A stretch of 64,000 nt of DNA from an uncultured Actinomycetota bacterium (GTDB lineage Bacteria; Actinomycetota; Actinomycetes; JAFAQI01), in the NCBI GenBank assembly GCA_963770565.1, contig CAVYQE010000001.1:1248001-1312000 (forward strand), given 5' to 3'. Numbering within the stretch: the first letter of the stretch is position 1; every line of letters begins with the position of its first letter. Shown here one piece after another: positions 56,786 through 64,000 of the stretch. Below the pieces are notes generated by a model. The model worked only from the letters and a program-made list of their open reading frames with translations, searched no databases and had not been told where the DNA came from. Position numbers and translations under genes: made by a program.

Positions 56786-57753
56786 GTGGTCGCGCCGACC
56801 AGTTGGACGTAGGCGTCCTCGAGGCTCGGCTCGCGCGAGGTGACCCGGCCGGTCGGGGTGTCGCCGAGCGCACCGAGCACAGCCGCCGTGACGTCGACGC
56901 CCGGGTCGAGCTGCGCGACCAACAGCTGGGCCTGCCCGCGTTCTTCGAGACCGACCGACCGGATCCCGGCGACCGCCCGGACGCTGCCGATCACGGCGTC
57001 ACTCGCGCCGAACACCTCGACCTCCAGCACCGAGCCACCGCGGACCATCCCCTTGAGCTCGGCCGGCGTCCCGAGGGCCACCAGTTCGCCGTTGGCGATG
57101 ACCGCGATCCGGTCGCACAGCTCGTCGGCTTCGAACATGTAGTGGGTCGTGAGCATGACGGTCGTGCCCTGGTCGCGCAGCGCCGCGACGGTTCGCCGCA
57201 GCTCGCGGGCGCCGACCGGGTCGATGCCGATCGACGGCTCGTCGAGGAACAGCACGTCGGGCTTGTGCAGCAGCCCGCGGGCGATGTGCAGACGTTGCCG
57301 CATGCCGCGGGAGTAGCCCTCGACCCGTTCGGTCTCGCGACCGGTCAGGCCGACCAGCTCGATCAGCTCCGCGATCCGCGCGCGCTGGGTGCGGGGGTTG
57401 ACGGCGTACAGCTCGGCGAAGTAGCGCAGGTTGTCCAGGCCGGACAGGCGCTCGTAGAGGCCGCGGTCGCCACCGAAGACGTAGCCGACCCGGCGCCGGA
57501 CCTCCCGGACGTCCTTGACCACGTCGTGGCCGAGCACACGGGCGGTGCCGGACGTCGGCAGCAGCAAGGTGATCAGCATCTTGATGGTCGTGGTCTTGCC
57601 GGCACCGTTGGGACCGAGCAGCCCGAACAGCTCGCCCTTGTCGACGGTGAGGTCGAGCCCGCGGACCGCCACGATCTCCCGCGCGGAGCGCCGCCGGATG
57701 CCACCGCCGCTGCGGTAGGTGCGACGCAGCTGTTCGAGCTCGATGACGGGCAC
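56782..57753 (-). CDS. ABC transporter ATP-binding protein
   Basis: GPNGAGKTT, YSRGMRQR, FLDEP, TTHYM. Confidence 0.92.
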   Translation of the reverse strand: MPVIELEQLRRTYRSGGGIRRRSAREIVAVRGLDLTVDKGELFGLLGPNGAGKTTTIKMLITLLLPTSGTARVLGHDVVKDVREVRRRVGYVFGGDRGLYERLSGLDNLRYFAELYAVNPRTQRARIAELIELVGLTGRETERVEGYSRGMRQRLHIARGLLHKPDVLFLDEPSIGIDPVGARELRRTVAALRDQGTTVMLTTHYMFEADELCDRIAVIANGELVALGTPAELKGMVRGGSVLEVEVFGASDAVIGSVRAVAGIRSVGLEERGQAQLLVAQLDPGVDVTAAVLGALGDTPTGRVTSREPSLEDAYVQLVGATT

Positions 57754-57840
57754 GCTGTGCAGCCTCCTGGCGCTGGTGGGGATCCGCCCAGCCAAACACA
57801 TGGTGGCGACGAGATCGCGGGGATTATCGTGCGATCCGCG

Positions 57841-58572
57841 ATGAGCGAAATCCGGGCCAACACCGTGCTGCCGTCCCGTCGCGAGCCGGTCACGCTGCAT
57901 ACCGCCGACGGGTTGGCGCTGGTCGGCGAGCTCGCGCTGCCGGAGTCCGCGACGCCGGTCGCGACGCTGATCACGCTGCATCCGCTGCCCACGCACGGCG
58001 GGATGATGGACAGCCACCTGTTCCGCAAGGCTGCAAACCGGCTGCCGGCGCTGGCCGACCTGGCGGTCCTGCGGTTCAACACCCGCGGAACCTCGAGCCC
58101 GGCCGGGCGCAGCGACGGCGAGTTCGACCACGGCGAGGGTGAGCGGTACGACGTCGCGGCCGCCCTCGACCTGGCCGAGTCGCTCGACCTTCCGCAGCTG
58201 TGGCTGCTGGGCTGGTCGTTCGGCACCGACCTCGCGATCCGCTACGGCTGCGACCCGAGCGTGGTCGGCGCGGTGCTGATCTCGCCGCCGCTGAAGGCGG
58301 CCACCGACGCCGACCTTCGGGTCTGGGCCGAGTCGGGGCGCCCGCTCGTGGCGATCGTGCCGGAGTTCGACGACTACCTTCGGCCGGCCGAGGCCCGCGA
58401 GCGGTTGGCCGTCGTGCCGCAGGCGGTCGTCGTCGACGTACCAGGGGCGAAGCACCTGCTGGTCGGATACACCGAGGAGGTCCTCGACGCGGTCGTGGCC
58501 GCGATCGCCCCCGGCCGTTCCCCGCTACCCCGAACCTGGCCCGCGAAGCTCCCAGCACAGCCACCCGTCTAA
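57841..58572 (+). CDS. Alpha/beta hydrolase
   Basis: HPLPTHGGMMDSH, RFNTRG, GWSFG, GAKH. Confidence 0.88.
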   Translation: MSEIRANTVLPSRREPVTLHTADGLALVGELALPESATPVATLITLHPLPTHGGMMDSHLFRKAANRLPALADLAVLRFNTRGTSSPAGRSDGEFDHGEGERYDVAAALDLAESLDLPQLWLLGWSFGTDLAIRYGCDPSVVGAVLISPPLKAATDADLRVWAESGRPLVAIVPEFDDYLRPAEARERLAVVPQAVVVDVPGAKHLLVGYTEEVLDAVVAAIAPGRSPLPRTWPAKLPAQPPV

Positions 58573-58582
58573 CCCGTTCCAG

Positions 58583-58659
58583 GCAATGTCACATTGCCCC
58601 CCACTTCGTGGGGGCAATGTGACAGCACCCCAGCAAACCGCTGGGCAATGTGACATTGC
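58583..58659. repeat. Three GCAATGTSACATTGC palindromes at 31-bp period
   Basis: Units at 58583, 58614 (degenerate), 58645 between convergent genes. Confidence 0.8.
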
Positions 58660-58663
58660 TTGG

Positions 58664-59086
58664 CTAGCGGCGGGCGGCTTCGACGAGCTCGGTGAGTACG
58701 CCGCCGGTGCTGTGCGGATGCACGAAGGCGATCGCCGACCCACCGAAGCCGCGGCGCGGCTGGTCGTCGATGAGCTGCGCGCCACCGTCGCGCAGCTCAA
58801 CCAGTGCTGCCGCGATGTCGTCGACGCCGTACGCGAGGTGATGGATTCCCTCGCCGCGCGTCTCGAGGAAGCGGCCGACCGGGCTGTCCGGCCGGGTCGG
58901 CTCGAGCAGCTGGACGCAAGAAAAGCCGCCGGGTGCGTCCGCGACATGAAGCATCGCTTCGCGCACACCCTGCGCGTCGTTGGTCTCGCAGCCGAGCAGG
59001 GTCAGGCCGAACATCGCGGTGTAGCGGTCGATGCTCGCCTCGAGGTCGCGGCAGGCGATCCCGACGTGGTCGATCCGGGTGAACAT
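58664..59086 (-). CDS. mce: Methylmalonyl-CoA epimerase
   Basis: [38 protein letters not shown]. Confidence 0.9.
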   Translation of the reverse strand: MFTRIDHVGIACRDLEASIDRYTAMFGLTLLGCETNDAQGVREAMLHVADAPGGFSCVQLLEPTRPDSPVGRFLETRGEGIHHLAYGVDDIAAALVELRDGGAQLIDDQPRRGFGGSAIAFVHPHSTGGVLTELVEAARR

Positions 59087-59105
59087 GCGCCGTATCGTGT
59101 CAGGC

Positions 59106-60293
59106 ATGCCTGGTTCGGTGATCGTCGGTGGCGCCCGGACGCCAATCGGAAAGCTGCTCGGCTCGCTCGCCGACTTCGCCGCAGTCGACCTCGGCGGCCG
59201 CGCGATCGAAGCCGCGCTCGCCCGAGCCGGGATCGGCGGCGACGCGGTCGACTACGTGATCATGGGCCAGGTCCTCCAGGCCGGCGCTGGCCAGATCACG
59301 GCTCGCCAGGCCGCGGTCAAGGGCGGCATCCCGATGACGGTGCCGGCCCTGACGATCAACAAGGTCTGCCTGTCCGGGCTCGACGCGATCGCGCTCGCCG
59401 ACCAGCTGATCGGCGCGGGCGAGTTCGACGTCGTCGTGGCCGGCGGCATGGAGTCGATGACGAACGCGCCGCACCTGCTCCCCGGTGCCCGGCGGGGCTA
59501 CAAGTACGGCGACGGCACGCTCGTAGACTCGATGGCGTACGACGGACTGTTCTGTGCGTTCGACGAGTGCGCGATGGGGGAGTCGACCGAGCGGCACAAC
59601 TCGTTGCTCGGGATCACCCGCGCGGAGCAGGACGAGTTCGCCGCGCGGTCGCACGAACTCGCGGCAGCTGCTCAGAAGAACGGCGCGTTCGACGACGAGA
59701 TCGTCGCGGTGAGCGTCCCGCAGCGGCGAGGTGAGCCCCTGCTCGTGACGACCGACGAAGGGGTCCGCGCCGACACCACGGTCGAGGGCCTGGCCGGTCT
59801 TCGCCCGGCGTTCGCGAAGGACGGCACGATTACGGCCGGCTCGGCGTCGCAGATCTCCGACGGCGCCTGCGCAGTCGTTGTGATGTCCCGCGAGGCGGCC
59901 GAGCGACACGGCGCGACCGTGCTCGCCGAGATCGGCTACCACGGGGTCGTGGCCGGACCCGACGCCTCATTGCAGGCGCAGCCGGCGAACGCGATCCTCA
60001 AGGCGCTGGCCCGCGCGGGTGAGCCGGTCTCGGCGCTCCACCTCATCGAGATCAACGAAGCCTTCGCCGCAGTCGCGGTGCACTCGGCCCGCCTGCTCGA
60101 CGTCCCCTGGGACCGGATCAACGTCAACGGCGGCGCGATCGCGCTCGGCCACCCGATCGGTGCGTCCGGCGCCCGGCTGGCCCTGACCCTGGCCCTCGAG
60201 CTCCAGCGTCGTGGCGGGGGGCTCGGCGCGGCCGCCTTGTGCGGCGGCGGTGGGCAGGGCGACGCGCTCTTGCTTCAGGTTCCTGCTCGCTGA
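59106..60293 (+). CDS. Acetyl-CoA C-acetyltransferase (thiolase)
   Basis: [27 protein letters not shown]. Confidence 0.93.
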   Translation: MPGSVIVGGARTPIGKLLGSLADFAAVDLGGRAIEAALARAGIGGDAVDYVIMGQVLQAGAGQITARQAAVKGGIPMTVPALTINKVCLSGLDAIALADQLIGAGEFDVVVAGGMESMTNAPHLLPGARRGYKYGDGTLVDSMAYDGLFCAFDECAMGESTERHNSLLGITRAEQDEFAARSHELAAAAQKNGAFDDEIVAVSVPQRRGEPLLVTTDEGVRADTTVEGLAGLRPAFAKDGTITAGSASQISDGACAVVVMSREAAERHGATVLAEIGYHGVVAGPDASLQAQPANAILKALARAGEPVSALHLIEINEAFAAVAVHSARLLDVPWDRINVNGGAIALGHPIGASGARLALTLALELQRRGGGLGAAALCGGGGQGDALLLQVPAR

Positions 60294-60304
60294 GTTCTGC
60301 CTGC

Positions 60305-60399
60305 GCGTGGACCGGCCAGACCGCTCCACGCCCTGGTGTTGATCGCCGAACACCGCGGCGCTCAACACACGGGCGCTCCGCGGCCTGACCGGTCCACGC
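60305..60399 (+). repeat. Structured ~95-bp palindromic element, copy B
   Basis: Homologous to 52238-52342. Confidence 0.8.
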
Positions 60400-60553
60400 A
60401 CTGCTCAACACTCGGGCGGCTCGGCAGTCGAACTCACGCACGCTGCGCCCAGCGCACCGGGGCACCGCGGCGGACCCACCCCGGCCGCGTTCGACACGGC
60501 CGATCGGCGGCTGCATCGGAGCCGGACTGGGGCCGACCTTCTAGGGTGCTCGG

Positions 60554-61513
60554 GTGGGCATTGCGGTAGCCGAGCTCGTTGCGCAGGCGCGCGCGGGCGA
60601 GCCGCGAAGCGTCGCGAGGTTGATCTCGATGGTCGAGAACGCCTCGCCGCAGCTGCGTGAGGTGATGGCGGCGTTGGCGCCTCACGCCGGGCAGGCAGAG
60701 GTGATCGGGCTGACTGGTTCGCCCGGGGTCGGCAAGTCGACGACGACATCGGCGTTGTTGACGGCGTACCGCAAGGAAGGCCGGCGGGTCGGAGTGTTGG
60801 CCGTCGATCCGTCGTCGCCGTTCACCGGCGGGGCGCTGCTCGGTGACCGGGTGCGGATGCAGGAGCACGCCACCGACCCAGGGGTCTACATCCGGTCGAT
60901 GGGCAGTCGCGGTCATCTCGGCGGGCTGTCATGGGCGACGCCGCAGGCGGTCCGGGTGCTCGACGCCGCAGGGTGTGAGGTGGTCATCGTCGAGACGGTG
61001 GGAGTCGGCCAGGCCGAGGTCGAGGTGGCCTCGCTGGCCGATACGACCGTGGTGCTACTGGCGCCAGGCATGGGTGACGCGATCCAGGCGGCGAAGGCGG
61101 GCATCCTCGAGGTGGCCGACCTGTACGTCGTCAACAAGGCGGACCGCGACGGTGCCGATCACACCGTCCGGGACCTGCGCACGATGATGTCGCTGGCCGA
61201 GAAGCCCGAGGCGGGGGCGTGGAAGCCACCGATCGTCAAAACGGTTGCGGCCCGCGGTGAGGGCATCGACGACCTGGTCGCCGCGTTGGCCAAGCACCGA
61301 AAGTGGCTGACCGAGTCCGGCCGGCTCGAGGCGCGGCGCCGGGCCAGGATCGCGGACGAGATCGAGGCGATCGCGCTCACCGCGGTGCGGGCCCAGCTGG
61401 GCGACCTGCGCGGGGGTTCGGCTCTTACCGATCTCGCCGACGCGGTGCTGGCCGGGACCACCGATCCGTATGCGGCGGCCGACGAGTTGGTGGCTGCGGT
61501 GACCACGCGCTGA
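60554..61513 (+). CDS. meaB: Mutase-associated GTPase MeaB/ArgK
   Basis: GSPGVGKST, DPSS, LGDRVRM, ETVGVGQ, NKAD. Confidence 0.93.
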   Translation: MGIAVAELVAQARAGEPRSVARLISMVENASPQLREVMAALAPHAGQAEVIGLTGSPGVGKSTTTSALLTAYRKEGRRVGVLAVDPSSPFTGGALLGDRVRMQEHATDPGVYIRSMGSRGHLGGLSWATPQAVRVLDAAGCEVVIVETVGVGQAEVEVASLADTTVVLLAPGMGDAIQAAKAGILEVADLYVVNKADRDGADHTVRDLRTMMSLAEKPEAGAWKPPIVKTVAARGEGIDDLVAALAKHRKWLTESGRLEARRRARIADEIEAIALTAVRAQLGDLRGGSALTDLADAVLAGTTDPYAAADELVAAVTTR

Positions 61514-61521
61514 GATCGGAT

Positions 61522-61549
61522 GCAACCCGCCAGCCGGCTCGGGAGTGTA
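61522..61549 (+). promoter_or_regulatory. Probable ECF autoregulatory leaderless promoter GCAACC-N17-GTGTA
   Basis: Ends 6 nt before the sigma GTG start. Confidence 0.5.
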
Positions 61550-61555
61550 TGAATC

Positions 61556-62077
61556 GTGACGCACGACGGGGCCGCCGACTTCGACGGCTTCTATTCCGCG
61601 ACAGGTAGCCGGCTGCTGCACGTCCTGTACGCGATGACCGGCGACCTCGCCGAGGCGCAGGACGTGGTTCAGGAGGCGTATGCCCGCGCCTGGCAGCGCT
61701 GGTCGACCGTCCGCGAGTACGACGACCCGGCCGCCTGGGTGCGTACGGTCGCCTGGCGGCTGGCGATCAGCCGTCGGCGCAAGGCACACAACCGGATCAG
61801 CGCGGCGATCCGGCTTCACGCGACCCAGCCGCCGATCGCGGCGCCGTCACCGGATACGGCGGCAATCGTGGCCGCCTTGCGCCGGTTGCCGGACGCCCAA
61901 CGCCGCGCGCTCGCACTGCATTACCTGTGCGACCTGTCGGTGGAGGCGGTCGCCGAGGAGACCGGTGTCAGCACCGGCACGGTGAAGTCCCGGCTGTCCC
62001 GCGGCCGTACGGCGCTGGCCGCGCTCATCGGAGAAGCGGATCGCCCGCTCGAGATCCAGGAGGCACTCCATGGTTGA
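61556..62077 (+). CDS. ECF RNA polymerase sigma factor (SigE-like)
   Basis: AQDVVQEAY...WVRTVA...GTVKSRLSRGR. Confidence 0.9.
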   Translation: MTHDGAADFDGFYSATGSRLLHVLYAMTGDLAEAQDVVQEAYARAWQRWSTVREYDDPAAWVRTVAWRLAISRRRKAHNRISAAIRLHATQPPIAAPSPDTAAIVAALRRLPDAQRRALALHYLCDLSVEAVAEETGVSTGTVKSRLSRGRTALAALIGEADRPLEIQEALHG

Positions 62078-62534
62078 CGACATTGCAGGCCTGCTCCATG
62101 CGCTCGGGACCGACAGTGGTCGATGCCCGGTGCATCCCGCTGCGCTGATCCGCCGGCGCGGTGATCGACGGCGGGCGGCGGTCGCGGTCACGACGACGGG
62201 GGCGACGATCGTCCTGGTCGGCGCCACTGCCGGTACGGGCTATGCCATTGCCCAGCACGGTCCGGCTCGGCACGGTGGCGGGATCGGGTTCGGATCGAGC
62301 CCGACTCCGCACAGCAAGCATCACGTCGGCCATGCCAGGAAGCCGGCGGCGGACCAGCTCGGGCCCGGCTCCGCGACCCCGACGCCCACCCCGGCCTCGC
62401 CCTGGCCGTTCGGCTCGCCCACGCCGACCGGCTCGACCGGGACGCCGCTTCCCGGACCGAGTGACACGACGGTCGAAGCCTCACCGGCGCGGACCGGAGA
62501 CTCGACCCCGACACCGTCACTGTCGCCGCACTAG
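62070..62534 (+). CDS. Putative membrane-anchored anti-sigma factor
   Basis: Overlaps sigma stop; IRRRGDRRR, one TM, Pro/Thr/Ser tail. Confidence 0.6.
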   Translation: MVDDIAGLLHALGTDSGRCPVHPAALIRRRGDRRRAAVAVTTTGATIVLVGATAGTGYAIAQHGPARHGGGIGFGSSPTPHSKHHVGHARKPAADQLGPGSATPTPTPASPWPFGSPTPTGSTGTPLPGPSDTTVEASPARTGDSTPTPSLSPH

Positions 62535-62614
62535 CCACGCCGACCGGCGTCGCCGGATCGCGGGCCGCTCGTCGCCGTACGATCGGCCACTGTGGACGCG
62601 CGGATGAGTACTTA

Positions 62615-63148
62615 GTGACGCGCGAGCCGCTCGACTTGCCGTTCGACCCGATCGAACGGGCCGGTGAGCTGTGGGAGGCCAACTTCGGCCCGGCCGCAGC
62701 GATGCGGGTCGCGACCTCCGTGATGCGGGCGCAACAACTCCTGCTGTCGCGCTACGACCTGATCCTCAAGGCCTACGACCTCACCTTCGCGCGCTACGAG
62801 GCGCTGGTGCTGTTGCACTTCAGCCGGTCCGGGGAGCTGCCGCTTTCGATCATCGGTGAGCGGCTGATGGTGCACCCGACCAGCGTCACCAACACCATCG
62901 ACCGGCTGGTGCGGCAGGGCTTCGTCGCCCGGCGCCCCAACCCGCGGGACGGCCGCGGTGTCCTCGCCCGGCTCACCGATGCCGGGCGCTCGACCCTGGT
63001 CCGGGCGACCGCCGACCTGACCGCCGACGGCTTCGGCCTGACCGCGTACGACGAACCGGCGCTCGAGTCGCTGTTCGCGCTGCTGCGGACCCTGCGGGTG
63101 GACGCCGGCGATTTCAGTCCGGATCGCGCGGGTACTGGTGATCAATAG
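62615..63148 (+). CDS. MarR family regulator
   Basis: LTFARYEAL, VHPTSVTNTIDRL, DGRGVLARLT. Confidence 0.9.
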   Translation: MTREPLDLPFDPIERAGELWEANFGPAAAMRVATSVMRAQQLLLSRYDLILKAYDLTFARYEALVLLHFSRSGELPLSIIGERLMVHPTSVTNTIDRLVRQGFVARRPNPRDGRGVLARLTDAGRSTLVRATADLTADGFGLTAYDEPALESLFALLRTLRVDAGDFSPDRAGTGDQ

Positions 63149-63163
63149 TAGGACGTCCTAGTA
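63146..63163. promoter_or_regulatory. Palindromic operator TAGGACGTCCTA upstream of icmA
   Basis: Perfect 12-bp palindrome 63149-63160, extended by TA-N...N-TA. Confidence 0.6.
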
Positions 63164-63193
63164 TCTACCTCGGGGCTACCGCCAGGAGACGCC

Positions 63194-64000
63194 GTGGATC
63201 CGAACGAGATCGAGGCCGGCCGGCAACGCTGGCAACAGCGCTTCGAGGCCGCAGCCAAACGTGACGCGGACTTCACCTCGCTGTCCGGCAGTGAGGTGGA
63301 GCCGGTGTACGGTCCGGCGCCGGGGTCGTCGTACGACGGATTCGAGCGGATCGGCTGGCCGGGGGAGTATCCGTTCACCCGCGGGCTCTACCCGACCGGC
63401 TATCGCGGCAAGACCTGGACGGTCCGGCAGTTCGCCGGGTTCGGCAACGCCGAGCAGACCAACGAGCGCTACAAGATGATCCTCGACAGCGGCGGCAACG
63501 GGCTGTCGGTCGCCTTCGACATGCCGACCTTGATGGGTCGCGACTCGGACGAGCCCAACTCGCTCGGCGAGGTCGGGCATTGCGGCGTCGCGATCGACTC
63601 GGCGGCCGACATGGACGTGTTGTTCGCGGGGATCCCGCTCGCTGATGTGACGACCTCGATGACGATCAGCGGCCCCGCCGTACCGGTGTTCTGCATGTAC
63701 CTGGTCGCGGCCGAGCGACAGGGCGCCGACATCGGCGGGCTCGACGGCACGCTGCAGACCGACATCTTCAAGGAGTACATCGCGCAGAAGGAGTGGCTGT
63801 TCCCGCCGGAGCCGCACCTGCGGCTGATCGGCGACCTGATGGAGTTCTGCGACGAGCAGATCCCGCGCTACAAGCCGCTGTCGGTCTCGGGCTATCACAT
63901 CCGCGAAGCGGGTTCGACCGCGGCGCAGGAGCTCGCCTACACGCTGGCGGACGGCTTCGGGTACGTCGAGCTCGGCCAGTCGCGCGGGATGGACGTCAAC
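63194..64000 (+). CDS. icmA: Isobutyryl-CoA mutase large subunit (partial, runs off window)
   Basis: MDPNEIEAGRQRW...RIGWPGEYPFTRG...RQFAGFG...AFDMPTLMG; AGGAG RBS; absent from ORF track because no stop in window. Confidence 0.88.
   Translation, partial: MDPNEIEAGRQRWQQRFEAAAKRDADFTSLSGSEVEPVYGPAPGSSYDGFERIGWPGEYPFTRGLYPTGYRGKTWTVRQFAGFGNAEQTNERYKMILDSGGNGLSVAFDMPTLMGRDSDEPNSLGEVGHCGVAIDSAADMDVLFAGIPLADVTTSMTISGPAVPVFCMYLVAAERQGADIGGLDGTLQTDIFKEYIAQKEWLFPPEPHLRLIGDLMEFCDEQIPRYKPLSVSGYHIREAGSTAAQELAYTLADGFGYVELGQSRGMDVN

Noticed and set aside
58583-58659. Mini-CRISPR
   Set aside because: 15-bp units with 16-bp self-complementary spacers are too short; no cas genes

Overview
High-GC actinobacterial chromosome segment. 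Right ~46 kb is largely conserved core: argS-lysA-hom-thrC-thrB-rho-rpmE-prfA-prmC-sua5-glyA-wecA-atp operon-pduO-murA-STAS-nucS-3-hydroxyacyl-CoA dehydrogenase...mce-thiolase-meaB-ECF sigma-MarR-icmA. Several essential genes carry frameshifts that look like read errors. Left ~17.5 kb is accessory DNA accumulated downstream of a minus-strand tRNA-Arg(CCG). It contains an integrase-less ~6 kb element bounded by a 42-bp tRNA 3' duplication, 11-bp-period arm-like repeats and two decayed VapC remnants. It also carries two LuxR-type regulator modules whose candidate operators can be read from the DNA (CCAG[GT]G-N5-CACGGGCGCGA; AAYGGGSAG-N4-CCCRAT). Other highlights: a ~100-bp intergenic hairpin present twice with compensatory changes, an atp operon split by an antisense ppm1-like gene, a mycobacterial-type (bedaquiline-site) c subunit, Asp-type MurA, and many leaderless promoters. 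Family calls come from motif recognition by eye, not database searches.
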